From assembly GCA_016201735.1 (NCBI GenBank), contig JACQCH010000002.1, positions 1-62,928 on the forward strand: DNA of 62,928 nucleotides, in the 5' to 3' direction. The stretch comes from Candidatus Omnitrophota bacterium. Lineage in GTDB: Bacteria; Omnitrophota; Gorgyraeia; 1-14-0-20-64-10. Shown here in pieces: positions 28,267 to 40,576 of this stretch (the stretch's first letter is position 1; each line of letters begins with the position of its first letter). A program made the position numbers and the translations under genes. A model generated the notes under the pieces. The model was given only the letters and a program-made list of their open reading frames with translations, had not been told where the DNA came from and made no database searches.

Positions 28267-28737
28267 TCACCACCGATAGTGGCTGAAGGCTTTATTCGCC
28301 TCCGCCATCTTATGCATGTCTTCCTTCCGCTTGACGGCGGAACCGGTCCCTTGATAGGCGGCGACCAGCTCTTCCATCAGCCGCTCACGCATCGGTTTTC
28401 CGGCCCGTCCTCGAGAAAAATCCCGCAGCCACCGCATGGCCAAGAAGGTCCCCCGGTCCTGACGAACCTCGATGGGCACCTGGTAGGTGGCCCCGCCGAC
28501 CCGCCGGGCCTTGACCTCCACCAGCGGCCGGGCGTTCTCCACCGCCTTCTGGAACATCTCCAAGGGATTGTTCGCATTGACCTTTTGAGCAGCCGAATCC
28601 AGAGCGCCGTAGACAATTCTCTCGGCGATCGATTTCTTTCCCTCGAGCATCATCATATTGATGAACTTCTGCACCGAGCGGGATCCAAACCGGTAATCCG
28701 GCGCGGTGGTCCGTTTTTCCGTCCGTCGGCGTCTCAT
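28267..28737 (-). CDS. rpsG: Ribosomal protein S7
   Basis: 156 aa; C-terminal [10 protein letters not shown]. Confidence 0.96.
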   Translation of the reverse strand: MRRRRTEKRTTAPDYRFGSRSVQKFINMMMLEGKKSIAERIVYGALDSAAQKVNANNPLEMFQKAVENARPLVEVKARRVGGATYQVPIEVRQDRGTFLAMRWLRDFSRGRAGKPMRERLMEELVAAYQGTGSAVKRKEDMHKMAEANKAFSHYRW

Positions 28738-29111
28738 TCCTTAGGCCGTTTCGCTCCGTACTTGGACCTGGATTTGCGCCGTTGATTGACCCCGGCCGCA
28801 TCCAAGGTTCCCCGGATAATGTGATATCGAACCCCCGGCAAATCCTTCACCCTCCCGCCCCGCACCAGGACGATCGAATGTTCCTGGAGATTATGCCCTT
28901 CTCCGGGAATGTAGGCGGTCACCCCCGTTCCATTGGTCAGCCGGACGCGGGCGATTTTCCGCAGCGCGGAGTTCGGCTTCTTCGGCGTCATCGTCTTAAC
29001 CTGGAGACAGACTCCCCGAACCTGCGGCCGACCCTCCAGGGCCGGTGATTTGGACCGCTTGGTCTTTTCCTTCCGCCCCTTTCGAATCAGCTGGGAGATG
29101 GTCGGACACAT
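28734..29111 (-). CDS. rpsL: Ribosomal protein S12
   Basis: [21 protein letters not shown] motifs. Confidence 0.97.
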   Translation of the reverse strand: MCPTISQLIRKGRKEKTKRSKSPALEGRPQVRGVCLQVKTMTPKKPNSALRKIARVRLTNGTGVTAYIPGEGHNLQEHSIVLVRGGRVKDLPGVRYHIIRGTLDAAGVNQRRKSRSKYGAKRPKE

Positions 29112-29118
29112 TTCTCAG

Positions 29119-32100
29119 CTACTCCTCATCCTTCGTTTCCACCGGGACTTCCTCGGTGATCTTCAAAAGCTCTGAAACATTCTTGACGATCTCGATCTCC
29201 CGGTGCTCCAAGAAACCGGTCCCCACGGGGATCAGATGCCCCATGATCACGTTCTCCTTCAAGCCCAGCAGGTCATCCCGTTTGCCCGCGGTCGCCGCTT
29301 CGGTCAAGACCCGGGTCGTCTCCTGGAAACTGGCCGCCGAGATGAAGCTCTCCGTCGAGAGGGAGGCCTTGGTGATCCCCAACAGAAGCTGGGTCGCGGA
29401 AGCCGGTTTGTTTCCTCTCTTCATGACCCGCTCGTTTTCCTCCTGGAAGCGCCACTTGTCCACCTGGGCCCCCACCAAAAACTCGGTGTCTCCGGAATCG
29501 TCGATCCGGACCTTCTTCAACATCTGGCGCACAATCACCTCGATGTGCTTGTCGTTGATCCGAACCCCCTGAAGCCGGTACACTTCCTGGATCTCGTTGA
29601 CCAGGTATTCCTGAAGCCGTTTGTCTCCGCCAATCCTCAGGATGTCCTGAGGAACCACCGGACCATCGATCAAGGGCTGGCCGGCGGTGATCCAGTCTCC
29701 CTTATACACGTTGAGGTGCTTCCCGTGAGGAATGAGATATTCTCGCTTCATTCCAGTCGGGCTCTTGATGATGACCCGCCTCTGCCCCTTCTTGGACTCC
29801 CCGAACTCGACGACCCCATCAATCTCGCTGATGATCGCCGGATCCTTGGGGCGGCGCGCTTCGAACAGCTCCGCCACCCGCGGCAACCCTCCGGTGATGT
29901 CCTTGGTCTTGGTCAGCACGCGCGGGGTCTTCGCCAACAGATCTCCCGCTTCCACCCGCTGGCCGTCCTTGACGACAACGTGGGCCCCCGCCGGAATCGG
30001 ATAGATGGCCAGGACCTCCCCTTGGGAATCGACCAACACCAACTGGGGATGAAATTCCCCCCGGTGCTCGATCACGATCCGGTCCGGAAGGCCCGTCGCC
30101 GGGTCGATGTCGGTCCTCATGGTGACCCCTTCCTTCAAATCCTCGTAGCGGGTCTTCCCGGAACCCTCCGTGAGGATGGGGACGGTATACGGGTCCCACC
30201 GGATGAAGATTTCTTCCTTGGAGACCTTCTCCCCCTCTGCGTGCTTCAAGATGGCGCCGGAAGGAATCGTGTAACGCTCCAACTCCCGCCCCGCGTCGTC
30301 GTTGATGGAAATCTGCCCGTTTCGGTTCAGGACCACGAAATCCTTCCCCTTCTGGACCGCCCGGATGTTATGGAATTTCAAGGCCCCCCGATTCTTGGCC
30401 TTTATGTTGGAGACCTCGATCACCCGGAAGGCGGTCCCTCCGATGTGGAAGGTTCTCATGGTCAGCTGGGTTCCCGGCTCACCGATCGATTGGGCGGCGA
30501 TGATCCCGACCGCCTCACCCAGCTCGACCCTCTTGCCGGTGGCCAGGTTCCGCCCGTAGCACTGGGCGCAGACTCCCCGCTTGGACTCGCAGGTCAACAC
30601 GGAGCGGATCCGGATCTTCTCAATGCCGGCCTGCTCGATGCGGGAAGCAATCTCCTCCGTGATCTCCTGCCCGGCCTCCACGATGATCGTATCCGTGATG
30701 ACATCCGCGATATTGTCCAGAACGACGCGGCCGATGATCCGTTCCTTCAAGGGGACCACCACCTCATCTCCCTCGATGATCGCCTCAATCAAAATCCCAT
30801 TGAGGGTGCCGCAATCCTCCTTGGAAATGGAAACGTCCTGGGCAACATCCACCAGGCGGCGGGTCAGATACCCGGAGTCGGCGGTCTTTAATGCGGTGTC
30901 GGCGAGCCCCTTGCGGGCTCCGTGCGTGGAGATGAAATATTCCAGCACGGTCAGCCCTTCACGGAAGTTGGCCGTGATCGGGCGCTCAATAATTTCCCCG
31001 GATGGCTTGGCCATGAGACCCCGCATCCCGGAAAGCTGCCGGATCTGCTGTTTCGACCCTCGAGCCCCGGAGTCGGCCATCATGAAGACCGGATTGAACG
31101 GATCCATCTCCTTGAAGATCAGGTCCGAGACCTTGTCGGTGGCATGGGTCCAGATGTCGATCACCTTGTTGTATCGCTCTCCATCGGTGATCAACCCCTT
31201 CTGGTATTGGTCCTCCACATCGGCGACTTCCTTGCGCGCCTCCTGAATGATCCTCTCCTTTCCGCGGGGGACCTGAAGGTTATCCATGGAGATCGAGAGC
31301 CCTCCTCGCGTGGCCATCTCAAATCCAAGTTTTTTCAGATCGTCCAGGAGCTGGATCGTCCTCTCGTGCCCGTACTGCTTATAGACCTGAATGACCACAT
31401 CGCTTAAGGCATTCTTATCCATGACCCCATTGATGAACGGCATCCCCTCCGGGAGCAATTCGTTAAACCAAATCCTCCCCACGGTGGTCTCAACGAATTT
31501 CCCATCTACCCGGAGCTTCACCTTCGCATGGAGGGACGCCTCCCGATCCTCATACGCGCAGAGGGCTTCTTCCGCAAAGGAGAAAACCCGGCCGGCCCCC
31601 TTGGTCTGCGGCAACTCCCGAGTCAGGTAGTGACAACCCAAAACAATGTCCTGTGTGGGGGTCAGAATCGGCTGGCCGTTGGCGGGTGAAAAGATATTGT
31701 TCGTCGCCAACATGAGAAGCCGCGCTTCCATCTGGGCCTCAATGGACAGAGGCACATGGACCGCCATCTGGTCTCCGTCGAAGTCGGCGTTGAAGGCGGT
31801 GCAGACCAACGGATGGATCTTGATGGCCTTGCCCTCGATCAGGATCGGCTCAAAGGCCTGGATTCCCAGCCGGTGGAGGGTCGGGGCCCGGTTGAGCATG
31901 ACCGGATGATCCCGGATCACCTCTTCCAGAATATCCCATACCTCCAGACGGGCCCGCTCCACCATCCGCTTGGCGGACTTGATCGTATGGACGAATCCCC
32001 GTTCCCGGAGCTTCTTGATGATGAACGGTTCAAACAGCTCCAGGGCCATCTTCTTGGGCAACCCGCATTGGTGGAGCTTTAACTCCGGCCCAATGACGAT

Positions 32101-33237
32101 GACCGAACGCCCTGAGTAGTCAACCCGTTTGCCAAGCAAGTTCTGTCGGAAGCGCCCCTGCTTTCCTTTGAGCATATCGGCCAGCGATTTCAAGGGCCGG
32201 TTCCCCGGTCCAAGAACGGGACGCCCGTGCCGGCCGTTGTCAAACAGGGCATCGACCGCCTCCTGGAGCATCCTCTTCTCATTCCGGACGATCACATCGG
32301 GGGCCTTCAGTTCGATCAATTTCTTCAGCCGGTTGTTCCGGTTGATCACCCGCCGATAAAGATCGTTCAAATCGCTCGTCGCAAAGCGGCCTCCGTCTAA
32401 GGGGACCAAGGGCCTTAAGTCCGGCGGGATCACCGGGACCGCGGAAAGCACCATCCACTCCAGGCGGTTGGCGGATTTCCGGAAGTTGTCCGCGATCCGA
32501 AGGGTCTTGACCAGTTTCTTTAAAACCTGTTCTCCTTTGGCCGTTTTCATCTCCCGCTTCAATTTTTCGGCCATCTTGTCGAGATCCAGCTCCTTCAACA
32601 AGGTCCGAACCGCTTCGGCCCCCATCCCGGCGGAAAACGAATGCCCGAATTTCTTCAGGCATTCCTGGTATTTCTCCTCGGACAGCAGCTCCTTCTTGCG
32701 CAGGGGGCTGTCGCCCGGATCGATGACCACGTATTCCTCGTAATAGATCACCCGTTCCAGGTCCCGGAGGTTCATGTCCAGGATCGTCCCCAGCCGGCTG
32801 GGGATCGTTTTGAAGAACCAGATGTGGGTGACCGGAGCCGCCAGCTCGATGTGCCCCATCCTCTCTCGGCGAACGCTGGAACGGGTCACCTCGACCCCGC
32901 AGCGGTCGCAGGTAATTCCCTTATGCTTGATCCGTTTGTATTTTCCGCAGTTGCATTCCCAGTCTTTCGTCGGTCCGAAGATCCGCTCGCAGAAAAGCCC
33001 GTCCTTCTCCGGCTTCAAGGTCCGGTAATTGATCGTCTCCGGCTTCTTCACTTCCCCCCGCGACCAGGAATGAATCACCTCCGGAGAAGCCAGCCGGATC
33101 GAGATGCAGTCAAAGGCCGTCACCTCCGGAAGCGGCGCCTCGGGCAGCAGCCCCAGGCCCCGGGCGACCCGCTCAATCCGCTCTGTGCTTTCCCGGTCCC
33201 GCTCCAACCGGTCGACTTCCTTCATCCGCTCAGCCAT
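29119..33237 (-). CDS. rpoC: RNA polymerase beta-prime subunit
   Basis: 1372 aa; [12 protein letters not shown] catalytic motif. Confidence 0.98.
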   Translation of the reverse strand: MAERMKEVDRLERDRESTERIERVARGLGLLPEAPLPEVTAFDCISIRLASPEVIHSWSRGEVKKPETINYRTLKPEKDGLFCERIFGPTKDWECNCGKYKRIKHKGITCDRCGVEVTRSSVRRERMGHIELAAPVTHIWFFKTIPSRLGTILDMNLRDLERVIYYEEYVVIDPGDSPLRKKELLSEEKYQECLKKFGHSFSAGMGAEAVRTLLKELDLDKMAEKLKREMKTAKGEQVLKKLVKTLRIADNFRKSANRLEWMVLSAVPVIPPDLRPLVPLDGGRFATSDLNDLYRRVINRNNRLKKLIELKAPDVIVRNEKRMLQEAVDALFDNGRHGRPVLGPGNRPLKSLADMLKGKQGRFRQNLLGKRVDYSGRSVIVIGPELKLHQCGLPKKMALELFEPFIIKKLRERGFVHTIKSAKRMVERARLEVWDILEEVIRDHPVMLNRAPTLHRLGIQAFEPILIEGKAIKIHPLVCTAFNADFDGDQMAVHVPLSIEAQMEARLLMLATNNIFSPANGQPILTPTQDIVLGCHYLTRELPQTKGAGRVFSFAEEALCAYEDREASLHAKVKLRVDGKFVETTVGRIWFNELLPEGMPFINGVMDKNALSDVVIQVYKQYGHERTIQLLDDLKKLGFEMATRGGLSISMDNLQVPRGKERIIQEARKEVADVEDQYQKGLITDGERYNKVIDIWTHATDKVSDLIFKEMDPFNPVFMMADSGARGSKQQIRQLSGMRGLMAKPSGEIIERPITANFREGLTVLEYFISTHGARKGLADTALKTADSGYLTRRLVDVAQDVSISKEDCGTLNGILIEAIIEGDEVVVPLKERIIGRVVLDNIADVITDTIIVEAGQEITEEIASRIEQAGIEKIRIRSVLTCESKRGVCAQCYGRNLATGKRVELGEAVGIIAAQSIGEPGTQLTMRTFHIGGTAFRVIEVSNIKAKNRGALKFHNIRAVQKGKDFVVLNRNGQISINDDAGRELERYTIPSGAILKHAEGEKVSKEEIFIRWDPYTVPILTEGSGKTRYEDLKEGVTMRTDIDPATGLPDRIVIEHRGEFHPQLVLVDSQGEVLAIYPIPAGAHVVVKDGQRVEAGDLLAKTPRVLTKTKDITGGLPRVAELFEARRPKDPAIISEIDGVVEFGESKKGQRRVIIKSPTGMKREYLIPHGKHLNVYKGDWITAGQPLIDGPVVPQDILRIGGDKRLQEYLVNEIQEVYRLQGVRINDKHIEVIVRQMLKKVRIDDSGDTEFLVGAQVDKWRFQEENERVMKRGNKPASATQLLLGITKASLSTESFISAASFQETTRVLTEAATAGKRDDLLGLKENVIMGHLIPVGTGFLEHREIEIVKNVSELLKITEEVPVETKDEE

Positions 33238-33246
33238 CGATTCCTC

Positions 33247-36200
33247 TTAGCCCTTCCGCTCGGTTCGGAAATCCAGACACAAGCTCTGGAGCTCCTTCAC
33301 CAAAACGTTGAACGATTCCGGCGTCCCTGGCCGAAGCGCATGCTCCCCCTTGACGATCGACTCATAGATCCGTGTCCGGCCCACCACATCGTCCGATTTG
33401 ACCGTCAGAAGTTCCTGCAGGGTATAAGCCGCCCCGTAGGCCTCCAGCGCCCAAACCTCCATCTCTCCAAACCTCTGCCCGCCGAACTGCGCCTTGCCCC
33501 CCAACGGCTGCTGCGTGACCAGGGAGTAAGGCCCGATGGAGCGGGCATGAATCTTGTCGTCGACCAGGTGCGCTAGCTTCATAATATAGATGTAGCCGAC
33601 CGTCACCTTCTGATCAAACGGGTCGCCGATCAGCCCGTCTCTTAAGGTCCTCTGCCCATCCTCCGGCAAACCGGCCCCTTTCAACAAAACCTTGATCTCA
33701 GACTCCCGCGCCCCGTCAAAAACCGGAGAAGAAATCTCCAGTCCCAGCACCTTGGCGGCCCAACCCAAATGGGTTTCCAGGATCTGCCCAACGTTCATCC
33801 GGGAGGGAACCCCCAGAGGATTCAAAACAATCTCAACGGGGGTGCCGTCCGGCAGGAAAGGCATGTCCTCCTCCGGGAGGATCTTGGCGATCACTCCCTT
33901 GTTCCCGTGACGGCCGGCGACCTTGTCTCCTACCTGGATCTTTCGCTTGGAAGCGGCGTAAACCACCACCTTCTTCAACACCCCCGGAGGCAGCTCGTCG
34001 CCCCGCTTCAACTGGTTGATCTCCCTTTCCTCTTCGTAGGTCAGCTCTTCCAGCTGGCCGTTCAAGACCCGGAGGGCCTTGCGGAGTCCCTGCTCCCGTT
34101 CCTTATCGCTCAAGTGGATCTCTTCCAGCTCGGCCTTCTCCAATTTCGGAAGATCGGAAGCCTTCACCGTCCGATGCTGGGCAAGCAGGACAGCCCCCGA
34201 CTCCCCATCCAAGATGGAATGCTCCAGCTTCTGGCCCACCAACAGGCGGGTCAAGGTCTTCAGCCGCTCCCGCTGAATCCCCTTGATCTGGTTCTGGTAC
34301 ATCTTGTGGATCGCGTCGACCTTCGACTGCTCGGCGGCGATCTCTTCCTTCGACTTCGGCTTGACCTTCTTGCGGGTGAAAATCCTCACATCCACAACGA
34401 TCCCATCCACCCCGGGAGGCACGATGAGACTGGCATCCCGCACATCCCCCGCCTTCTCGCCGAAGATCGCCCGCAAGAGCCGCTCCTCGGGCGACTGTTC
34501 CGTCTCGGACTTGGGCACCACCTTGCCCACCAGGATGTCTCCCGGATGAACCTCCGCTCCGATCCGGACCATCCCATGCTCGTCCAGATCCTTGAGGGCC
34601 TCTTCTCCCACATTGGGGATGTCCCGGGTAATCTCCTCGTTGCCCAACCGGGTGTCCCGCGCCTCGATCTCGAATTCCTCAATGTGGATCGAGGTAAAGA
34701 CATCCTCCTTCACCAGACGCTCGCTGATCAGGATCGCGTCCTCGAAATTGTATCCCCGCCACGGCATGAAGGCCACCAGGAGATTCCGCCCCAAAGCCAG
34801 TTTCCCGTCTTTTGTGCTCGCTCCGTCCGCGATCACCTCGCCGGCCCGGACCTTTTGTCCCACCCTGACGATCGGGCGCTGGTCGATGCAGGTGTTGGCG
34901 TTGGAACGCTGAAATTTCTTTAAGGGGTAAGCGATCCGATCCACCACGATCCGGTCCGCCTGAACTTCCTTCACGACCCCCTTCTCCGTCGCCACCATCA
35001 CCGTCCCGGAATCCTTCGCCGAGCGTTGCTCAATCCCCGTTCCGATCAAGGGGGGCTCGGGGAACAGGAGAGGGACCGCCTGCCGCTGCATGTTCGACCC
35101 CATCAGCGCCCGGTTGGCGTCGTCGTGCTCCAAGAACGGAATCAGAGAGGCCGCGACCGAAACCAACTGCTTCGGAGAGATGTCTTTGAACTGAACCTCG
35201 TTCGCCGGAACCAGGGGAAAGTTCCCGCGGAACCGGCAGGAGATCAGTTTGTCGGTGAAACGGCCGTGGGCGTCGACCCGGGCATTGGCCTGAGCGATGG
35301 TGTACCGGTCCTCCTCGTCCGCCGAGACAAACTTCACCGTGTCCGTGACCCGCCCCTTCTCCACCGTCCAATAAGGAGTCTCAATAAATCCAAAATCATT
35401 CACCCGGGCAAAGGTGGAGAGACTGGCGATCAAGCCGATGTTCGGTCCTTCCGGGGTCTCCACGGGGCAGATCCGGCCGTAGTGGGAGTAATGGACGTCC
35501 CGAACCTCGAACCCGGCCCGCTTCCGGGAAAGCCCGCCCGGCCCCAACGCCGAGAGCCGCCGCTTGTGGGTCAGCTCCGCCAAGGGATTGGTCTGATCCA
35601 GGAACTGGGACAGCTGCGACCGGCCGAAGAAATCCCGAATGAGACTGGAAACCAATTTCGCGTTGATCAATTGATGCGGCATGGTGGATTCCAGATCGTA
35701 GATGCTCATTCTCTCCCGGACGGACCGGTCCACCCTGGAGAACGCGATCCGGAACTGGTTCTGGAGCAGCTCTCCCACCGACCGGACCCGGCGGGAACCC
35801 AGATGATCGATGTCATCCACCTCTCCCTGGCCAGCTTTCAAGTTCAAGAGATATTTCAGGGCCGTCAGGACCGTTTCCGGCTCCATGACCCTGTCCTCGA
35901 GGGGACGCTTCATGCCCAATTTCCGGTTTAAGATGTACCGGCCGACCCGGCCCAGATCGTAGCGCTTCGGATCGAAGTAGAGACGGGTCAGCAGGGTCTG
36001 CGCGGAGCTGACCGTCGCGGGATCTCCAGGCCGGAGTTTCCGGAAGATGTCGAGGGCCGAATCGTCGGCCCCTTTCAGGCGGTCCTTCTCGTAGGTCTTG
36101 AGGATCTCAGGGATTGGCTTCTTCAAGACCTTGATCTGGCGGATCTCCGAATTCCAGATCATCGTCAACTGTTCCTTCGCCAATTTTCCAAAACGGGCGA

Positions 36201-36933
36201 CCAAAACTATCTGGGTCTGAGGGTCGACGATGTCCGCTGCCAGAACACGTCCTACCGCTTCCTTGACGTCGGAGAGTTCCTGGGCCTTAATGGTCTCGAC
36301 CCCGCAGAAGGCATCCAGGATCTCCTCATCGGAGCCGGCCCCGATCGCCCGGAGGAAGGTGGTCCCCAGAACCTTCCGGCGGCGGTCGATGAGGGCGTAA
36401 AGGGTATCGGTCAGATCAAATTCAAACTCGAGCCAGGCGCCCCGGTAAGGGATGAGCCGGGCTGTGACCATCCGCTTCCCGTTGGGATGGATCTCCTCTT
36501 CGAAGAAAACGCCGGGGCTCCGGTGAAGCTGGCTGACCACAACCCGCTCATCCCCGTTAATGATGAAGGTCCCTGTCGGGGTCATGAGAGGAAAGTCCCC
36601 CAGGTACACCTCCTGCTCTTTCATCTCCTTCGGGGTGCGCAGGCGCAGCTTGACGCTCAAGGGGGCGGCGAAGGTAAGGCCTCTTCGCTGGGTTTCTTCC
36701 AGATCGTATTTCGGTTTTCCCACATCGTAGGAGAGAAACTCCAGGCGGTACTTCCCGTCCGCGTTCTCAATGGGGAACACCTCGCCAAATACCTCTTGGA
36801 GTCCCTGGTTTTGCCGACGGGTTCTCGGAACGTCCCTCTGCAGGAACTCAGCAAAGGGCTTGGTCTGGATCTCCAACAGATCCGGCAGCTCAAAGTGTTC
36901 CGGAATCCGGCCGAAACTTCGATGCTTCATCAT
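33247..36933 (-). CDS. rpoB: RNA polymerase beta subunit
   Basis: 1228 aa; GRHGNKGVI and [14 protein letters not shown] motifs. TAATG overlap with the rplL stop. Confidence 0.98.
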   Translation of the reverse strand: MMKHRSFGRIPEHFELPDLLEIQTKPFAEFLQRDVPRTRRQNQGLQEVFGEVFPIENADGKYRLEFLSYDVGKPKYDLEETQRRGLTFAAPLSVKLRLRTPKEMKEQEVYLGDFPLMTPTGTFIINGDERVVVSQLHRSPGVFFEEEIHPNGKRMVTARLIPYRGAWLEFEFDLTDTLYALIDRRRKVLGTTFLRAIGAGSDEEILDAFCGVETIKAQELSDVKEAVGRVLAADIVDPQTQIVLVARFGKLAKEQLTMIWNSEIRQIKVLKKPIPEILKTYEKDRLKGADDSALDIFRKLRPGDPATVSSAQTLLTRLYFDPKRYDLGRVGRYILNRKLGMKRPLEDRVMEPETVLTALKYLLNLKAGQGEVDDIDHLGSRRVRSVGELLQNQFRIAFSRVDRSVRERMSIYDLESTMPHQLINAKLVSSLIRDFFGRSQLSQFLDQTNPLAELTHKRRLSALGPGGLSRKRAGFEVRDVHYSHYGRICPVETPEGPNIGLIASLSTFARVNDFGFIETPYWTVEKGRVTDTVKFVSADEEDRYTIAQANARVDAHGRFTDKLISCRFRGNFPLVPANEVQFKDISPKQLVSVAASLIPFLEHDDANRALMGSNMQRQAVPLLFPEPPLIGTGIEQRSAKDSGTVMVATEKGVVKEVQADRIVVDRIAYPLKKFQRSNANTCIDQRPIVRVGQKVRAGEVIADGASTKDGKLALGRNLLVAFMPWRGYNFEDAILISERLVKEDVFTSIHIEEFEIEARDTRLGNEEITRDIPNVGEEALKDLDEHGMVRIGAEVHPGDILVGKVVPKSETEQSPEERLLRAIFGEKAGDVRDASLIVPPGVDGIVVDVRIFTRKKVKPKSKEEIAAEQSKVDAIHKMYQNQIKGIQRERLKTLTRLLVGQKLEHSILDGESGAVLLAQHRTVKASDLPKLEKAELEEIHLSDKEREQGLRKALRVLNGQLEELTYEEEREINQLKRGDELPPGVLKKVVVYAASKRKIQVGDKVAGRHGNKGVIAKILPEEDMPFLPDGTPVEIVLNPLGVPSRMNVGQILETHLGWAAKVLGLEISSPVFDGARESEIKVLLKGAGLPEDGQRTLRDGLIGDPFDQKVTVGYIYIMKLAHLVDDKIHARSIGPYSLVTQQPLGGKAQFGGQRFGEMEVWALEAYGAAYTLQELLTVKSDDVVGRTRIYESIVKGEHALRPGTPESFNVLVKELQSLCLDFRTERKG

Positions 36934-37322
36934 TACTTCAATTCAACCTTGGCGCCTACCGCCTCTAATTTCTGTTTGATGGTCTGCGCTTCTTCTTTTG
37001 AAGCACCGGCCTTGACCGGCTTGGGCGCGGAATCGACCAGATCCTTGGCCTCCTTCAAGCCGAGGCTGGTGACCGCGCGCAGTTCCTTGATCACCTGGAT
37101 CTTGTTTGCCCCCACCTCCGCCAGGATCACATCGAAGGTTGTCTTGGCCTCAACCGCAGCCTCCTGCCCTCCAGCCCCACCCGAAGCTGCAACGGCGACC
37201 GGCGCCATCGCGGCGGCGGAAACGCCGAATTTCTCCTCAATTCCCTTGACCAGTTTGTTCAAGTCAAGGACCGTCCAACTTTCAATCGAATCCAACACAT
37301 CCTCAACATTTACTTTTGACAT
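36933..37322 (-). CDS. rplL: Ribosomal protein L7/L12
   Basis: 129 aa; [34 protein letters not shown]. Confidence 0.96.
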   Translation of the reverse strand: MSKVNVEDVLDSIESWTVLDLNKLVKGIEEKFGVSAAAMAPVAVAASGGAGGQEAAVEAKTTFDVILAEVGANKIQVIKELRAVTSLGLKEAKDLVDSAPKPVKAGASKEEAQTIKQKLEAVGAKVELK

Positions 37323-37347
37323 CGTTCCTCCTCCTGACTTTTCCAGA

Positions 37348-37983
37348 TTAAGATTTCGGTGTTATCGGGGCGCTCACCGACTCGCGCCCATCGCCAGACT
37401 CGGCCTCCTTATTCGTCGGCCGGCGATCCTTTTCCTTCATCTGAATGACCGCCCCCAGGGCCACTGCCAGAGAACGGATCGGTCCCTGCAACAAGAACGC
37501 CAGACTGCGAAGGGGAGATTGGATCACTCCGGCCAACTGGCTCAACAGAACTTCCCGCGGAGGAAGTTTCCCTAACACCACGACATCCTTCGATTCCAGG
37601 ATCTGCCCTTTTAAGACGCCTCCCTGCAGGACAAACCCTTCGTGATCCTTAGAGAATGTGGTCAAGAGCTTGCAGGCGGCTCCCAGTTCCCCCCGAATCG
37701 GGCTGATCCCGCAGGTTCCCTCCAGCTTTTTTTCCAAGGGAGCCCATCCCAATTCCCGGAAGGTCAACCGGCAGAGACTGTTCTTCACTACCAAGAAGTC
37801 CGCCTGCAGCGCCTTTAAGGCGTCGCGGAGATGATTCAGATCCCGGGTGGGGACCCGATCCATCTTGGCCACAAAAAGGATTTCGACTCCGGAGAGAGAT
37901 TCCTTTAAATCCCCAACCCATCCGGCCCGGACTTTCTGTCCCAGACGCAGAGGCCCTTTCTCCACGGAGTTCGCCTGTACCAT
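37348..37983 (-). CDS. rplJ: Ribosomal protein L10
   Basis: ATG at 37983, 7 nt after GGAGGG of the family-2 element (TTG at 37986 is also possible). Position upstream of rplL. Confidence 0.88.
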   Translation of the reverse strand: MVQANSVEKGPLRLGQKVRAGWVGDLKESLSGVEILFVAKMDRVPTRDLNHLRDALKALQADFLVVKNSLCRLTFRELGWAPLEKKLEGTCGISPIRGELGAACKLLTTFSKDHEGFVLQGGVLKGQILESKDVVVLGKLPPREVLLSQLAGVIQSPLRSLAFLLQGPIRSLAVALGAVIQMKEKDRRPTNKEAESGDGRESVSAPITPKS

Positions 37984-37987
37984 CAAT

Positions 37988-38131
37988 GCGCCCTCCGGCC
38001 GTCCTCTGGACGGCCTACGGGTCGGCCACCCGCCGTGCTGTCGCTCGGCCTGACGGCCTCGCTTTTCCTCGCTCCGCTCGGCGCACGGCTCCCATGAACC
38101 GCTGAATAAGGAAAAGAACTGCAGCGGTTCA
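37988..38131. repeat. Family-2 intergenic element, copy 2 (between rplA and rplJ)
   Basis: Same architecture as 24132..24274. The 3' hairpin here is GGCCGTCC-AGA-GGACGGCC, which differs from copy 1 by compensatory changes. Confidence 0.8.
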
Positions 38132-38824
38132 TCATTCTTCCGGTTTCCCTTCCGCCGGATCCAGCCGGATCCCAGGCCCCATCGTGCTCGAAAGAGCGAC
38201 CGATCGGACGTATCGTCCCTTCACCGAAGCCGGCTTTGCTTTCCAGAGGGCGGTCAAAAGAGCATGGGCATTCTCCTCCAAGGCCTCCTCCGGGAACGAC
38301 CGCTTGCCGATTCCCAGATGGATGTCCCCCTGCTTGTCCATCTTAAACTCCACCTTCCCCCCTTTGACTTCCTTCACCGCTCTGGCGACATCCATGGTGA
38401 CCGTGCCGGCCTTGGGACTGGGCATGAGGCCCCGGGGCCCCAGAAACTTTCCCAGCTTGCCCACCTCTTTCATCAGGTCCGGGGTCGAGACCACCACATC
38501 AAAATCGAGCCACCCTCCCTGGATCTTTTCGATCAGTTCTTCCGCTCCGACATGGTCGGCTCCGGCTTCCTTCGCCGCCCGCTCCATCTCTCCCTTGGCG
38601 AAGACCAGAACCTTCACCGATTTTCCGGTTCCATGGGGGAGGACGACCGTTCCCCGAACCGTGGCATCGGTCTGCTTCGGGTCCACGTCCAAATCAATGG
38701 CGATCTCGACCGACTCATCAAACTTTGGAGCGGGGGCCTTCTTCAAAAGGGATACCGCCTCCTTCAGGCCGTACCGCTTCCCCGGTTCCACCAGCTGCTG
38801 GGCGGCCGCGGTCCGCTTACTCAC
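38132..38824 (-). CDS. rplA: Ribosomal protein L1
   Basis: Trimmed to the GTG at 38824 (VSKRTAAAQQLVEPGKRYGLKEAV), preceded by GGAGGGG of MITE copy C. Confidence 0.9.
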   Translation of the reverse strand: MSKRTAAAQQLVEPGKRYGLKEAVSLLKKAPAPKFDESVEIAIDLDVDPKQTDATVRGTVVLPHGTGKSVKVLVFAKGEMERAAKEAGADHVGAEELIEKIQGGWLDFDVVVSTPDLMKEVGKLGKFLGPRGLMPSPKAGTVTMDVARAVKEVKGGKVEFKMDKQGDIHLGIGKRSFPEEALEENAHALLTALWKAKPASVKGRYVRSVALSSTMGPGIRLDPAEGKPEE

Positions 38825-39008
38825 CCCGCCCCTCCGGAGTCCCGTTTCCATCCCTGCAGGGATGGAAACGCTGTGCCGAAGGCACAGATGCCCTCGGCGG
38901 TCTCCCACTCCAATAGATCACCCTTTCCATAAAATACCTGTAGCAGATCCTTGGATCTTAAAGAATCCACCCCCCCTCTGCCGAGGGCATACTCCGGAGG
39001 GGCGGGGC
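38824..39008. mobile_element. Family-1 MITE copy C (between rplK and rplA), with an extra ~45-nt internal segment
   Basis: TIRs at 38824-37 and 38994-39007; TCA at 38821-23 and 39009-11. Shares GCCGAGGGCATCTGTGCCTTCGGCACAG with copy B (copy D has TTGGG in place of TTCGG). Confidence 0.85.
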
Positions 39009-39437
39009 TCATCCTTCCACCACCTCGATCCCCATGCTCCGGGCGGTCCCCTCCACCTGTTTCATCGCCTGCTCGATGGTTTGGGTGTTCAAGTCCTTCA
39101 GTTTCAGTGAAGCGATCTCTCGGACCTTTGATTTCGGGACCTTGCCGACCTTCTCTTTATTCGGCGTCCCCGATGCCTTGGCGATCCCGCAGGCCTGCTT
39201 CAAGAGAACCGACGCCGGCGGGCTCTTGATCAGAAAGGTGAAACTCCGATCCTCGTAAGCGGTGATCACCACCGGCAGGATCAGCCCCCCCTGCGCCTTG
39301 GTCTGCTCGTTGAAGGCCTTGCAGAATTCCATGATATTCAAGCCGTGCGAACCCAGCGCCGGCCCCACCGGAGGAGCCGGGTTGGCCGAACCGGCCGGAC
39401 AATAAAGCTTGATCGTTGCCTTCACCTTTTTCGCCAC
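39009..39437 (-). CDS. rplK: Ribosomal protein L11
   Basis: 142 aa; [15 protein letters not shown] motif. Confidence 0.96.
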   Translation of the reverse strand: MAKKVKATIKLYCPAGSANPAPPVGPALGSHGLNIMEFCKAFNEQTKAQGGLILPVVITAYEDRSFTFLIKSPPASVLLKQACGIAKASGTPNKEKVGKVPKSKVREIASLKLKDLNTQTIEQAMKQVEGTARSMGIEVVEG

Positions 39438-39439
39438 GG

Positions 39440-39970
39440 CTATACCTTCTCCACCTGCCAGTATTCCAGCTCAACCGGGGTGGACCGGCCGAAGATGGTC
39501 ACCATCACCTTCAATTTTCCCTTCTCAGGGTTAATCTCCTCGATGGTGCCGTCGAAGTTGTTGAAGGGCCCTTCGGTAATCCGGACCCCCTCCCCTTTCT
39601 CAAAGATCACCTTGGGGATCGGCTTTTCCATTTTCTCCTGAGTCGCCTGAAGGATCTGGGCCACCTCTTCCTCTCTCAGGGGCACCGGCCGTATGCCGGA
39701 ACCGACAAAACCGGAGACACCGGGAGTGGATTTGATCCGATACCAGGTCTCATCGCTCAAGGCCATCTGAACCAGCACGTATCCGGGGAAAACGCGCCGT
39801 TCCGAAATCTTTTTCTTGCCGGCCTTCACCTCCGAAATCTTTTCCATGGGGACCAGTACTTGGGAAACCGGCCCCTCCGCCCCTTCGGCATCCACGATCC
39901 GCTGGAGGGAAGAACGTACCTTCTCCTCCTGGCCGGTCAAGGTGTGAATGACGTACCAGTTCTTTGTCAT
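39440..39970 (-). CDS. nusG: Transcription antitermination factor NusG
   Basis: Trimmed to the ATG at 39970 ([18 protein letters not shown]). KOW motif near the C-terminus. Confidence 0.93.
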   Translation of the reverse strand: MTKNWYVIHTLTGQEEKVRSSLQRIVDAEGAEGPVSQVLVPMEKISEVKAGKKKISERRVFPGYVLVQMALSDETWYRIKSTPGVSGFVGSGIRPVPLREEEVAQILQATQEKMEKPIPKVIFEKGEGVRITEGPFNNFDGTIEEINPEKGKLKVMVTIFGRSTPVELEYWQVEKV

Positions 39971-40167
39971 CAGTGGACCATCCAGCTGATCAGACGGGCG
40001 CAGATCAAATCGAAGATCCCAATCACCAGCGACAGCAAGAGCACGGTGACCAGAACGACCTTCGTGGAGGCCCAAAGTTCCGGCAGTGGCGACCATGAGA
40101 CTTGACCGAGTTCGCTCCTAACTTCTTTGATAAATCCAATCGTTTTCTGAATCACTGAATGTCCCAA
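39970..40167 (-). CDS. secE: Preprotein translocase SecE
   Basis: 65 aa, single C-terminal TM helix, upstream of nusG. Confidence 0.88.
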   Translation of the reverse strand: MGHSVIQKTIGFIKEVRSELGQVSWSPLPELWASTKVVLVTVLLLSLVIGIFDLICARLISWMVH

Positions 40168-40197
40168 CTTCCAAAGACAAAGAGGCTATAAGGCCAA

Positions 40198-40271
40198 CAG
40201 GCCTGGAGGGATTCGAACCCCCAACCCTCGGATTTGGAGTCCGTTGCTCTACCAATTAGAGCTACAGGCCT
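40198..40271 (-). tRNA. tRNA-Trp (CCA)
   Basis: Hand-folded cloverleaf: AGGCCTG acceptor, anticodon loop CTCCAAA, T-loop TTCGAAT, 74 nt, no encoded CCA. Confidence 0.9.
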
Positions 40272-40362
40272 ACTTGAGATCCCTCGGCAGCTTGCGCTGC
40301 CTCGGGATGACGTTCGGCCAACGGACTTACGTTCACTTCGTTCCGTAAGTCCGGGTCTCACG

Positions 40363-40512
40363 TCACTTCGTCTCACGATGCAGGGTGTGGGTTCGACAGA
40401 ACCGACAGTACTTCTTCAATTCCAATCGATCGGTCTGCGGCGTCTTGTTCTTGAAGCCGCAGTAATTCCGACGTCGACAAGTGGAACATTCCAAGGTGAT
40501 TAATTCCCGCAC
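40363..40512 (-). CDS. rpmG: Ribosomal protein L33 (Zn-ribbon type)
   Basis: Hand-translated 49 aa with a GTG start: [49 protein letters not shown]. Confidence 0.88.
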   Translation of the reverse strand: MRELITLECSTCRRRNYCGFKNKTPQTDRLELKKYCRFCRTHTLHRETK

Positions 40513-40534
40513 GGAAGGGACCTTTCAGGGCAAT

Positions 40535-40576
40535 AAAAAAGTCGTCTCGGCTTTAGGCGATAATTTCCGAAACGAC
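40535..40576 (-). terminator. Hairpin plus T6 overlapping the tuf stop (possible attenuator/terminator)
   Basis: RNA sense: GTCGTTTCGG-17 nt-CCGAGACGAC followed by TTTTTT. rpmG follows, so read-through is likely needed. Confidence 0.4.

Noticed and set aside
29203-30891. 562-aa plus-strand ORF antisense to rpoC. Similar cases lie opposite rpoB, tuf, ftsH and fhs.
   Set aside because: These are shadow ORFs opposite strongly conserved genes, with no independent support.
37988-38131. Family-2 element as the classical L10(L12)4-binding rplJ leader
   Set aside because: A near-identical copy sits upstream of rplW in the S10 operon. The element is therefore a dispersed repeat rather than a gene-specific leader. 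I could not match it to the remembered L10 leader structure.
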